From the NCBI GenBank assembly GCA_965219415.1, contig OZ244742.1, positions 224,001 to 288,000 of the forward strand: DNA of 64,000 bases, read 5' to 3'. How positions within the stretch are numbered: the stretch's first letter is position 1; each line of letters begins with the position of its first letter. Shown here in pieces: positions 42,639 to 52,108 of the stretch. The translations under genes were made by a program, and so were the position numbers. The notes under the pieces were generated by a model. It was not told the DNA's origin and did not search any database. It was given only the letters and a program-made list of their open reading frames with translations. Source of the DNA: Candidatus Marinacidobacterales bacterium (GTDB lineage: Bacteria; Acidobacteriota; Vicinamibacteria; Marinacidobacterales; DATDRI01).

Positions 42639-43310
42639 ATGCGACTGGCACCATCTATTCTCTCTGCAGATTTCTCTCGGCTAGGAGAACAGATCACCGG
42701 GCTCGAACAAGCCGGGGCGAAACAGCTTCACCTGGACGTGATGGACGGACACTACGTAGAGAATTTGACCTTTGGACCTTTGGTTGTCGAAGCGATCCGA
42801 CGGACTACTCGACTCCCGCTCGACGTCCACCTCCAGGTCGAAGACGCCGACCGGTGGATCGATGCCTTCTGTGATGCCGGAGCCGATATGATCGCGGTCC
42901 ACCCGGAAACGCTTCATCATCTAGACCGAACGATCCATTCCATCCGTGACCACGGCAAGAAAGCCGGCGTCGCGGTGACCCCATCGACACCTATCCGTGC
43001 GGTGGAGGAGCTGCTGCCGAACGTGGATTACGTCATCATCATGTCGGTTTACCCCGGTTTCCCTGGTCAAGATTTCATTCCTGGAAGTTTCGCTCGTGTC
43101 GAGCGATTGCGCTCGATAGTCTCGAGAGACGCCCTTCCTCTCGAGATCGAAATCGACGGCGGTATCCATATCGGCAATGTCCGAGAGGCGGCAACCGCAG
43201 GCGCAGACGTGGTCGTCGCCGGCTCTGCGATCTTCAACGCCGACGACCCGGCGGAGCGTCTTCGAGCGATGCTCGAAGAAATGCTCCAGGCCGACACCAC
43301 CGGGGCTTGA
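42639..43310 (+). CDS. rpe: Ribulose-phosphate 3-epimerase
   Basis: APSILSADF, HLDVMDGH, DVHL, MSV.PGF.GQ, DGGI. Confidence 0.96.
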   Translation: MRLAPSILSADFSRLGEQITGLEQAGAKQLHLDVMDGHYVENLTFGPLVVEAIRRTTRLPLDVHLQVEDADRWIDAFCDAGADMIAVHPETLHHLDRTIHSIRDHGKKAGVAVTPSTPIRAVEELLPNVDYVIIMSVYPGFPGQDFIPGSFARVERLRSIVSRDALPLEIEIDGGIHIGNVREAATAGADVVVAGSAIFNADDPAERLRAMLEEMLQADTTGA

Positions 43311-43317
43311 TTCGGCC

Positions 43318-43722
43318 ATGGCAGAAGCAACCTGTGAGATCCGAGTTCGATATGGAGAGACCGATCAGATGCGCGTAGCGTACTACGCTCATTACCTCAA
43401 TTGGTTCGAGGTGGGCCGATCCAACCTACTCCGCGAGAGCGGGGTGAGCTACCGAGAGGTCGAGGGTCAAGGCGTGTTCCTTCCCGTCGTCGAAGCACAC
43501 TGTCGCTACCTCAAACCGGCCCGGTACGACGACCTCCTTCGCGTCATCACCAAGGTATCGCAGGCGAAACGGGCCCGTCTGCTTTTCGAGTACGAGGTCC
43601 GCCGCATCAGCGGTCATTCGGACGACGAGCTCCTGGCCACCGGAAATACCGTTCATGTCGCCGTCGACGAACAAGGAAAGCCCATGCGGCTCCCAGAGCA
43701 ACTTGCGCGGTTGGTTCTATGA
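43318..43722 (+). CDS. YbgC/FadM-family acyl-CoA thioesterase
   Basis: RVRYGETDQM.VAYY..YL.WFEVGR, PARYDD. Confidence 0.9.
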   Translation: MAEATCEIRVRYGETDQMRVAYYAHYLNWFEVGRSNLLRESGVSYREVEGQGVFLPVVEAHCRYLKPARYDDLLRVITKVSQAKRARLLFEYEVRRISGHSDDELLATGNTVHVAVDEQGKPMRLPEQLARLVL

Positions 43723-44732
43723 ACGTCGTGGTCACCGGTGTTGCCGGTTTCATTGGCTCGCATTTGGCGGAGGCGCTTACCGCCCAAGGGAAAAACGTCA
43801 TCGGAGTGGATAGTTTCATCGACTATTACCCCCGAGAAATGAAACAGGAGAACCTAGCGTCGCTCACCCAATCGCCGCGCTTCGAGCTGGTCGAAACCCC
43901 GATTCAGGAGATGAAGCTCGAGCCACTGTTGGCAAATGTAGATGTGGTATACCACCTGGCTGCCCAAGCCGGGGTCCGAGCCAGCTGGGGAAAGGAATTT
44001 TCCATTTATACCGATAACAATATTTTGGCCACCCAGCGTCTTCTCGAGGCGGCGGCGAAAGAGCCAGTGAAGGCCTTCGTCTACGCGTCTTCCTCCTCCG
44101 TCTATGGCGACACCGCGGAGCTGCCTATGCGGGAGCCGGTCCCTTTGCACCCGGTGTCGCCGTACGGGGTATCCAAGCTTGCCGTCGAAAAACTGTGCTA
44201 CCTGTACTTCGTGAACCACTCCGTCCCCACCATGGGCCTGCGATACTTCACGGTCTATGGCCCGCGCCAACGTCCGGACATGGCGTTTCATCGTCTATTT
44301 CGTAACGCTCTCGACGGAAAGGAGTTTCATCTCTTCGGCGACGGCCAGCAGACACGCGACTTCACTTACGTAAGCGACGCCGTGGAAGCCACCGTGGCTG
44401 CCGCGGCGCGAGGGCGCCCCGGTAGCGTTTACAACATCGGTGGCGGCTCGCGAGTGTCCCTCCTCGAGGTCATCGAGCAGATCGAGAAGCTCACCGGCTC
44501 GAAACTCCGCCTGCGCCGCGAACCAAGCCAAAAAGGAGACATGCGGGATACCTATGCAGACACCACCGCGGCGCGAAACGATCTGGGCTACCAGCCTAAG
44601 GTCAAGCTGCAGGAGGGACTGGAGGCGGAGTGGGAGTGGCTAAAAACTGCCGTCTTCCAGCAGGGCGGCAAAGGAGCCGATGGGTTACAATCATCGGTTG
44701 ACCGCCTATGGCGCGAACGGAGACAAGAGTGA
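43719..44732 (+). CDS. NAD-dependent nucleotide-sugar epimerase/dehydratase
   Basis: TGVAGFIGSH, HLAAQAGVR, SSSSVYG, YGVSK, YFTVYGPRQRPDM. Confidence 0.92.
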   Translation: MNVVVTGVAGFIGSHLAEALTAQGKNVIGVDSFIDYYPREMKQENLASLTQSPRFELVETPIQEMKLEPLLANVDVVYHLAAQAGVRASWGKEFSIYTDNNILATQRLLEAAAKEPVKAFVYASSSSVYGDTAELPMREPVPLHPVSPYGVSKLAVEKLCYLYFVNHSVPTMGLRYFTVYGPRQRPDMAFHRLFRNALDGKEFHLFGDGQQTRDFTYVSDAVEATVAAAARGRPGSVYNIGGGSRVSLLEVIEQIEKLTGSKLRLRREPSQKGDMRDTYADTTAARNDLGYQPKVKLQEGLEAEWEWLKTAVFQQGGKGADGLQSSVDRLWRERRQE

Positions 44733-45529
44733 AGGGTATCACGTTGGCATCGAGCTTCGTGTGCCTGGCGCTTTTGGTTTCCTGCGGAAACAAGACAACG
44801 GTTCGTGACTTCTCCTCCGCTGCCGGGGGCGATCAACTGCTCCTGGATCTGGGACAAGAACGACTAGAGGATAAAGACTGGGAGGAAGCGCGCGGCTACT
44901 TCCAGCAGCTGATCGACACGTTCCCGAGGAGCCAGTTCGTAGGAGACGCTCGCATCGGCATCGCCGACTCCTACTTCTACCAGAAGGGGGTTGGAAACTT
45001 CGTGCTGTCGATCGCCGAGTATCGCGATGTCCTCACCTTCTTCCCCAACCACCCCCGCGCCGACTACGTCCAGTACCAGATCGCCTACGCCTACTACCGA
45101 CAAAAACACAGCGCCGATCGAGATCAGGACCCAACTCGAACCGCCGTCGAAGAGCTCGAAAAACTCATAGACCTGTACCCCAGTAGTCCGTACGCGGAGA
45201 CCGGCCGCGAGCTCCTTGCGGACTGCAACGAGACCTTGGCCGACCACGAGTACCGCGTCGGTCGGTTTTATCTGAAGGTCCGCAAACATTGTCGCGGCTC
45301 GATCGCCCGGCTCAAGGGAGTCCTCGAGAACTATCCGAACTTCAGCCGGAACGATGAGGTGTATTGGGCACTGGGGGAGGCCCATGTCACGTGCGGCTCT
45401 CCCATGCAAGCCATGCCTTACTACAAGGAGCTCATCGATAACTACCCCTCGAGCGACTTCAAGGCCGACGCGGAAGAGCGTTTGGGAGCCCTCCAAGCCA
45501 AGGCGGACGAGGGCCCCAAGACCCCATAG
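44708..45529 (+). CDS. bamD: Outer membrane assembly lipoprotein BamD
   Basis: Lipobox LVSC, TPR helices, DRDQ, LADHEY.VG.FY. Confidence 0.85.
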   Translation: MARTETRVKGITLASSFVCLALLVSCGNKTTVRDFSSAAGGDQLLLDLGQERLEDKDWEEARGYFQQLIDTFPRSQFVGDARIGIADSYFYQKGVGNFVLSIAEYRDVLTFFPNHPRADYVQYQIAYAYYRQKHSADRDQDPTRTAVEELEKLIDLYPSSPYAETGRELLADCNETLADHEYRVGRFYLKVRKHCRGSIARLKGVLENYPNFSRNDEVYWALGEAHVTCGSPMQAMPYYKELIDNYPSSDFKADAEERLGALQAKADEGPKTP

Positions 45530-45693
45530 ACGGCTGGCTAGGCTGATAGCTGCAACACGATATTTTGCCGCGAAATTGCGCTTTGCGAACGCGCCTCGCC
45601 GATTGCAACCTTCAAGTACCACTTTAAGGTTTCCCGCAAATACCTCTTGACACCACGGATAACTAGCTGTTAGCGTGGTATACAAGTTCCGGT

Positions 45694-46836
45694 TTGAAAT
45701 CCCAGTGGAGGTATATCGTGAGGACCCGACCGTCGCGAATTAGCACTTGGGGTATGGCGATCCTGGTCAGTGGTGGGCTGGCCTGGGCACAGCAGTCCCC
45801 CGATCAGGCATCAGAGGGAGGTGAGATTGTCATCCCTCCCCACTGGTCTCCCTATCAAGCGCCGAACAGTTACCCTGAGGGGACGAGGCTGCACATCATC
45901 GTCAAGGGTGACACGCTTTGGGACCTCTCCAATACGTACCAGGAGAATCCCTTTCTCTGGCCCCAACTCTGGGAAGCCAACCGCTACATCACCGACCCTC
46001 ATTGGATCTATCCGGGTGATCCGCTCGTCATTCCTGATCTAGACGTTCTACGCGCCGCGGATGAAGAGCCCGGCGCGGCTGGTCCAGACGGAGGAGTGCC
46101 CGGTGCGGAGGGCGAGGCGGGGGCGGGCGTGGCCGGCGTGGGCGGCCCGAGTGGCCCCAACCTATTCCCCATTTCCGAGGAAGAATCGATCCAGTGCGCT
46201 GGCTTCGTGTCCGAGAAAGAAGACGAGGGGTTCCGTATCTTCGAGAGCGAGAATACCTTCAAGGTCCACATCGCCGTCAGTGAAGGCGACATTATCTATC
46301 TCAATCGTGGACAAGAGGACGGGATTCAGGCCGGAGACCAGTACTACATCAGGGATCGCGTCCGGAAGATCGGCGGGCACGGATGGCTCATCAATACGAC
46401 AGGATGGCTAACCATCCTTGCGGTCCAATCGGACACCGCTACCGCCCAGATCACGGGTGCCTGCCGCGATATCCTGAAGGGGCACTACTTGGTTCCCTTC
46501 GAGCCAATACCCGTTCCGCTCGTGCCCTACCAGGCACGCGTCACCCGACTGACTCCTGAGACCGGCCAGAATCGCGGGACGATCATTGCCTCACTAGAAG
46601 ACGTTCGGGAGCTGGGAAGCCTAGGGCGTGGGTATTTGGTAAGTATCGACCAGGGCGAGAACGACGGTGTCATTCCTGGCTCGATCTTCACCATCTTTCG
46701 CTACAGCACCTCCAGAACGCCGCGGAAGGTGCTGGGAGAACTCGCGGTGCTGACCGTCCATCCCAAAACCTCAACGGCCCTTATTACTTTCAGCTATGAC
46801 TATATAGTGAGGGGCGATCTCGTCGAGCTGAAGTAG
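45694..46836 (+). CDS. LysM peptidoglycan-binding protein
   Basis: IVKGDTLWDLS..Y.ENPFLWPQLW..N.YI.DPHWIYPGD; start uncertain (may be ATG 45754). Confidence 0.88.
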   Translation: MKSQWRYIVRTRPSRISTWGMAILVSGGLAWAQQSPDQASEGGEIVIPPHWSPYQAPNSYPEGTRLHIIVKGDTLWDLSNTYQENPFLWPQLWEANRYITDPHWIYPGDPLVIPDLDVLRAADEEPGAAGPDGGVPGAEGEAGAGVAGVGGPSGPNLFPISEEESIQCAGFVSEKEDEGFRIFESENTFKVHIAVSEGDIIYLNRGQEDGIQAGDQYYIRDRVRKIGGHGWLINTTGWLTILAVQSDTATAQITGACRDILKGHYLVPFEPIPVPLVPYQARVTRLTPETGQNRGTIIASLEDVRELGSLGRGYLVSIDQGENDGVIPGSIFTIFRYSTSRTPRKVLGELAVLTVHPKTSTALITFSYDYIVRGDLVELK

Positions 46837-46843
46837 CTCGAGG

Positions 46844-47275
46844 TCACTTCACGCCTGAGATCTTCAGGCGCGCCGGAACAAGGACATCCCCGCGGTTGAC
46901 GTAGGCCGCGGGTTTTCCTTTTGTGCCCGCGATCGTGAGCACAACGTCGCCTGGGACCAGCTCCTGTGAGAGCCTTTCGCTGAGGCGACGAAAATCGACG
47001 CCCGAGACGACGATCCCTACCGACTCCAAATCCCCTCCCTCGCGGAAGCGGCGTTCCACGAGCGCCTCCCAGTCTCCGTTCGACGCCGCGTCGAAGGAAA
47101 GGGCGTCGACCCAGCCAGGCCGTTGTGCCCCGAGTAGGACCCCGCTCCCTCGATTCAGGGCGCCAAGGGCATCCGGCCCCAAATAGACTACCGGTATCTC
47201 GTCGATCAGGCGGTAACGCTTCGAACCGCGACCACCGCCTGCCTCGAGGGCCGAGGAGGCGTTCCTCCGTTTCAT
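46844..47275 (-). CDS. Hypothetical protein
   Basis: ATG overlaps the pgsA stop (ATGA); 143 aa. Confidence 0.55.
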   Translation of the reverse strand: MKRRNASSALEAGGGRGSKRYRLIDEIPVVYLGPDALGALNRGSGVLLGAQRPGWVDALSFDAASNGDWEALVERRFREGGDLESVGIVVSGVDFRRLSERLSQELVPGDVVLTIAGTKGKPAAYVNRGDVLVPARLKISGVK

Positions 47276-47838
47276 GCGCGGCTGCCGGTCGGAATCTCCC
47301 CGCCGACCTTTCGATAGAAGCGGAGGAAGTAGTCCACACCCGAAATCAATGCCAAGCTCACCGCTACCCAAAGGGCGACGGTGCCCAGGACAAAGAAAGG
47401 CCCGAGGAACTTCTTACCGAGGATTAGGAGCAGGATAGCGATAACTTGGGTCAACATCTTGCCCTTGCCCAATCCGCTTGCCGGAATCGTAATGCCTTGA
47501 GCGATGGCGATACTCCTGAGCCCAGACACTGCGAACTCCCGGCCAACGATCACCACAACCATCCAGGCCGGGGCAAGATCCATCTGCACCAGGCTGATGA
47601 AGGCGGCCGAGACCAGAAGCTTGTCTGCAATCGGATCCAACATGATGCCGAGCGTCGTGACCTGGCCGCGGCGCCGAGCCAAGTACCCATCCAGCCAATC
47701 CGTAAAGGCGGCCACCGCAACGATCAGCCCGCCGATGATCTCCCAGCGCTCAGTGCGGGTCAGCAAAACGACCACCAGCAGCGGCACCAGAAAGATGCGG
47801 CTGAGGGTCAGGGCGTTGGGTAGATTCGGAAGCGTCAT
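47272..47838 (-). CDS. pgsA: CDP-diacylglycerol--glycerol-3-phosphate 3-phosphatidyltransferase
   Basis: NLPNALTLSR, TDWLDGYLARR...T.LG..LDPIADK, REFAVSGLR, GK.K. Confidence 0.95.
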   Translation of the reverse strand: MTLPNLPNALTLSRIFLVPLLVVVLLTRTERWEIIGGLIVAVAAFTDWLDGYLARRRGQVTTLGIMLDPIADKLLVSAAFISLVQMDLAPAWMVVVIVGREFAVSGLRSIAIAQGITIPASGLGKGKMLTQVIAILLLILGKKFLGPFFVLGTVALWVAVSLALISGVDYFLRFYRKVGGEIPTGSRA

Positions 47839-47872
47839 GAATCCCGCAAAGGCTTCCCTGGGGTCCGGAGGC

Positions 47873-49246
47873 TCAGATCTTCAGGATCTTTTCCGAGCGA
47901 AGATGCTTGGTCGCATTCCGCGTGTCGATCACCAGTGGAGCCTGAGCCACGATGGTCTCGATGTCAAATGAAGAGTGTTCGGTCACGATGACTGCACAGT
48001 CGGTCGAGCCGAGCGCGTCAGCCAGCGCCACCGAACGATAACTATCGCCATCCATCTCGAGCTCAGCCACTAGTGGGTCATGATAGCTTACCTCCGCACC
48101 CTTCTGCTCGAGGATTCTAAGAATATCCAGACCCGGAGATTCGCGTACATCGTCGACATCGCTCTTATAGGACATGCCAAGGATCAGGATGTGAGAGCCC
48201 TTCACGCTCTTTTGTCGCTCGTTCAACGCGTCCTGAATCTTGTTAACGACGTAATACGGCATGGCGGAGTTTATTTCCCCCGCCAGCTCAATGAACCGAG
48301 CACGGTAGTTCAAGGTCTTCAGCTTCCACGAAAGGTAGAAAGGATCGATGGGAATACAATGGCCACCCAACCCGGGTCCTGGGTAAAACGGCATGAAGCC
48401 GAACGGTTTGGTGGCTGCCGCATCGATGACTTCCCAAACGTCCACGCCTAAACGATCGCACATCAACGCCACTTCGTTGACGAGCCCGATGTTGACGCTT
48501 CGGAAGGTGTTCTCCAAAAGCTTTACCATTTCCGCGCTGCGCGTCGAAGACACCGGGATCACCTGTTCCACCGCGTGCGCGTAGAGAGCGCGAGCCATTT
48601 CGAGGCAACTCGGGGTCGTGCCGCCGATGATCTTGGGCGTGTTGCGCGTATTCCAACTAGTATTTCCTGGATCCACGCGCTCCGGAGAAAACGCCAGAAA
48701 AAAGTCCTTCCCCACTTCCAGACCACTTTCTTGTAGGCTCGGAAGAATCAGCTCTTCGGTGGTTCCTGGGTAAGTCGTACTTTCGAGCACCACCAGCTGG
48801 CCTTCGCGGAGTCTCTTGGCGATCTCGCGACTCGCATTGACCACCAACGAGAGATCGGGATCCTTGGTTTTCGACAAGGGCGTCGGAACGCAAATAATGA
48901 CAGCGTCCTTGTCGCTGAGCACATCGAAATCGGTTGTGGCGAAGAGTGTACCTGCCTTCACCAGCTTGGCCAGGGACTCGGAGGGAACGTCCCGCACGTA
49001 GGACTCGCCGCGTTGAATGGCATCGACTTTTTCCCGATCGATGTCGATACCGACGACGCAAACCCCGGCTCTCGCGAACTCCACCGACAGCGGTAGACCA
49101 ACGTAACCCAAACCAACGGTGGCTAAACGGACCGTCTTGTCCGCAATCTTCCGCCCTAGGTCCTGGGCCTTCACCGAGTTCTCTTTCGTCTTAGCAGGGG
49201 CAAGTTCTGGGTTCGTCGGTATCCGATCAACGAAGCTGTCAACCAA
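47873..49246 (-). CDS. Nucleotide-sugar (UDP-GlcNAc/ManNAc) dehydrogenase
   Basis: GLGYVGLP, ICVPTP, ESTTYPGTT, SPERVDPG, KLLEN, GGHCIPIDP, RESP; start uncertain. Confidence 0.92.
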   Translation of the reverse strand: MVDSFVDRIPTNPELAPAKTKENSVKAQDLGRKIADKTVRLATVGLGYVGLPLSVEFARAGVCVVGIDIDREKVDAIQRGESYVRDVPSESLAKLVKAGTLFATTDFDVLSDKDAVIICVPTPLSKTKDPDLSLVVNASREIAKRLREGQLVVLESTTYPGTTEELILPSLQESGLEVGKDFFLAFSPERVDPGNTSWNTRNTPKIIGGTTPSCLEMARALYAHAVEQVIPVSSTRSAEMVKLLENTFRSVNIGLVNEVALMCDRLGVDVWEVIDAAATKPFGFMPFYPGPGLGGHCIPIDPFYLSWKLKTLNYRARFIELAGEINSAMPYYVVNKIQDALNERQKSVKGSHILILGMSYKSDVDDVRESPGLDILRILEQKGAEVSYHDPLVAELEMDGDSYRSVALADALGSTDCAVIVTEHSSFDIETIVAQAPLVIDTRNATKHLRSEKILKI

Positions 49247-49413
49247 CCTATACTATAGCATCTGAAGCGCTTAGTGTCGCGGAGCTTGAAAGGCTCAACG
49301 ACCACGTGCTAGCATTCCGGGCCGTTCCAGCACTTTAGGTGAGAATCTGTTAAGTCACCAGACCACGGCTGAGGGCCTCCGATGAGCAACAGTAGTCTCC
49401 CAACAGGCATGCC

Positions 49414-50481
49414 ATGAAGGCGGTCATTCTCGCCGGGGGAAAGGGCACGCGGTTGCGCCCGCTCACGATGCACACCCCGAAACCCATCGTACCGATCCTC
49501 GACCGACCATTCCTTTCGTTTCAAATCGACATCTTGCGTCATTCGGAGATCTCGGAAATCGTACTCTCCTTGTCTTACCAGCCGCGGAGAATCGAGAAGA
49601 TCTTCGGTGACGGAAGCGAACTCGGGGTCAAGATCCTCTATACCGTCGAATCCGAGCCACTGGGAACCGCGGGCGCCGTAAAAAAGGCTGAGCCGTTTTT
49701 AGGTAGCAGGACTATCGTCTTCAATGGAGACGTCCTAAGCGACGTGGACCTGCCTGCAGTTATCGCGCAACACGAAGCGACTGGAGCCAAGGCTACCATC
49801 GTACTCACCCCGGTCGAGAACCCCGCCGCATATGGTCTGGTGGAGCTCGAGAAAGACGGACGCGTCCGACGCTTCTTGGAAAAACCCAGTTACGATGAGA
49901 TAACGTGCGACACAATCAACGCGGGCATCTACATCCTGGAACCGGAAACGCTTGCCCACATACCGGCCGGCAAGAACTACTCTTTCGAGAGAAGCGTCTT
50001 CCCCGCGTTCCTGCGAGAGAAGATCCCGTTTTACGCCTACATTCACCGCGGCTACTGGATCGACATCGGCACTCCCGAGAAGTATTTGAAGGCGCACCAA
50101 GACCTCTTGAGCGGCGAAGCCAAACTTCCGGGTTTCGACGGAAAGCCCGGAGCCGTTTACATCGACCCGGCCGCCGCGGTGGATGAGGACTCAAAGATCT
50201 CCGGACCCGCGTTTGTCGGAGCCGGCGCAACGGTAAAGCCCGGGGCTCGAATCGAACCCTTCGCAGTGGTTGGAAGCAACTGTCGCATCGAAGAGGGTGC
50301 GATCGTCGCCGACTCCGTTCTCTGGCCCAACGTCCGCGTGGGCGAAGAAGCCCGCGTGCACGGCGCGGTGGTCGGCAGGAATACCCATATCGGAAGACAC
50401 GCCATTGTGGATCGAGGCGTCGTCCTAGGAGACAAGTCGGTGGTCGCCGATTTCAGTCGGCTCGGTCATCCGGAGGGATGA
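49414..50481 (+). CDS. Mannose-1-phosphate guanylyltransferase-like NDP-sugar synthase
   Basis: LAGGKGTRLRPLT..PKP, EPLGTAG, NGD, EKP, WIDIGT, C-terminal hexapeptide repeats. Confidence 0.9.
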   Translation: MKAVILAGGKGTRLRPLTMHTPKPIVPILDRPFLSFQIDILRHSEISEIVLSLSYQPRRIEKIFGDGSELGVKILYTVESEPLGTAGAVKKAEPFLGSRTIVFNGDVLSDVDLPAVIAQHEATGAKATIVLTPVENPAAYGLVELEKDGRVRRFLEKPSYDEITCDTINAGIYILEPETLAHIPAGKNYSFERSVFPAFLREKIPFYAYIHRGYWIDIGTPEKYLKAHQDLLSGEAKLPGFDGKPGAVYIDPAAAVDEDSKISGPAFVGAGATVKPGARIEPFAVVGSNCRIEEGAIVADSVLWPNVRVGEEARVHGAVVGRNTHIGRHAIVDRGVVLGDKSVVADFSRLGHPEG

Positions 50482-51839
50482 GACACGTGAAAGAAGAATC
50501 CATAGAACCTGGCATTTTCAAGGCCTATGACATTCGCGGAATCGTCCCCGACGAGCTCGGGCCGGGAGTGGCACAAAAGATCGGACGAGGTCTCATCGAC
50601 TACCTGGGGGCGGAGGGAATTGCAGTCGGTCGCGACATGCGGGATTCGTCACCGGAATTCGCTCGAGCCTTGTGCGAAGGCGCCATGGCGGGCGGCGCGA
50701 AGGTACTAGACATCGGCATGACCACTACCGACATGCTCTATTTCGCAGTCCCCCACTTCGACCTTGCGGGTGGAGCCATGGTGACCGCTTCTCACAACCC
50801 GAAACAATACAACGGATTCAAGCTAGTCCGCGAAGGTGCCCTCGCACTCTCCGGCGATGCGGGGATCAAGGAGATCAAGGAGTGGATCCTTTCTGGTCGC
50901 AAGCTTCCGGATAAGCCCGGCGGGGAACGCGTCGAGAAAAACGTCCTCCCCGACTACGTAAAACATGTTCGGAGCTTCATCGATCCGGACGTTATTCGAC
51001 CATTGAGCGTGGTGATGGACGCCGCCAATGGCATGGCTGGTGCTATCGCCCCCGACATCTTCGCCGGCCTCCCCCTCAAACGGGTCGACATGTATTTCGA
51101 ACCAGACGGTAATTTCCCCAACCACGAAGCGAACCCACTGGTGGAGGAAAACCGGTGCGAAATCATCGAGAGAGTTCGCGCCGGAGGGGCAGACCTCGGG
51201 ATCGCATGGGACGGCGATGGAGATCGCTGCTTCTTCATCGACGACCTGGGAGAGTTCGTGCCCGGGGACTTCCTCACCGCGCTGTTGGGCGAGGCATTTC
51301 TGCTGAAAGAGCCGGGCTCGACCATCATCTACGACGCCCGTGCTAGCTGGGCGGTGAAGGATACAGTAGAGGGACTCGGAGGGCGTGCGTTGATGAACCG
51401 CGTGGGGCATGCCTTCATCAAGAAACGGATGAGAGAAGAGAACGCCGTCTTCGGGGGCGAGATAAGCGGCCACTTCTATTTTCGGGAGAACTACTTCGCC
51501 GACAACGGGATGATACCGGCCTTGCTCATCTTGGAGCTGATCTCCAAGAAGAGGAAGAAACTCTCCGAGCTTCTCGCCCCGTTCCGTGAGAAGTATTTCA
51601 TCACTGGGGAGATTAACTCCGAGGTCCGTGACGTGCCCGCCGTCCTGGCCAAGCTCGAGTCGCACTACGCAGATGGGCAAATCCATAAGCTGGATGGTCT
51701 GTCGGTCGAGTACGCCGGCTGGCATTTCAATGTTCGGCCTTCCAACACCGAGCCGCTGCTACGTCTGAATCTCGAAGCCCTGGACCAAGCAGAGATGAAT
51801 CGCCGCTGTGAGGAAGTATTGGCAGTGGTACGCGCCTAG
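50478..51839 (+). CDS. Phosphomannomutase/phosphoglucomutase
   Basis: FKAYDIRG, TASHNP, DGDGDR, GEISGH, RPSNTEP. Confidence 0.95.
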   Translation: MRHVKEESIEPGIFKAYDIRGIVPDELGPGVAQKIGRGLIDYLGAEGIAVGRDMRDSSPEFARALCEGAMAGGAKVLDIGMTTTDMLYFAVPHFDLAGGAMVTASHNPKQYNGFKLVREGALALSGDAGIKEIKEWILSGRKLPDKPGGERVEKNVLPDYVKHVRSFIDPDVIRPLSVVMDAANGMAGAIAPDIFAGLPLKRVDMYFEPDGNFPNHEANPLVEENRCEIIERVRAGGADLGIAWDGDGDRCFFIDDLGEFVPGDFLTALLGEAFLLKEPGSTIIYDARASWAVKDTVEGLGGRALMNRVGHAFIKKRMREENAVFGGEISGHFYFRENYFADNGMIPALLILELISKKRKKLSELLAPFREKYFITGEINSEVRDVPAVLAKLESHYADGQIHKLDGLSVEYAGWHFNVRPSNTEPLLRLNLEALDQAEMNRRCEEVLAVVRA

Positions 51840-51861
51840 TGCCATTGCTAGGTCGGTTCCT

Positions 51862-51891
51862 TTGACAGTCCGATTTGAGCCCCGCTATAAT
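51862..51891 (+). promoter_or_regulatory. Consensus sigma70 promoter of tRNA-Gly
   Basis: TTGACA-N18-TATAAT. Confidence 0.8.
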
Positions 51892-51912
51892 CTTTAGGCT
51901 TTAGGTTTGGGG

Positions 51913-51988
51913 GCGGGCGTAGCTCAGTTGGTAGAGTACAAGCTTCCCAAGCTTGGGGTCGCGGGTTCGAACCCCGTCGCCCGCTCCA
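51913..51988 (+). tRNA. tRNA-Gly(CCC)
   Basis: 76 nt, acceptor GCGGGCG/CGCCCGC, anticodon arm CAAGC-TTCCCAA-GCTTG, GGTTCGAA T-loop, encoded CCA. Confidence 0.97.
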
Positions 51989-52108
51989 GAGTGGTGAAAC
52001 CGACGCATGTTGCACCCACCACGACGCATCGTTTTCTCACCTCGTTACTCGCTGCAGCGGTTGGACCCTACTTGAGCGCTGCGGCGTGAGCCCAAACTCC
52101 AGGAGGTA

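Noticed and set aside
51907-52089. 60-aa ORF
   Set aside because: It is a translation of the tRNA-Gly gene
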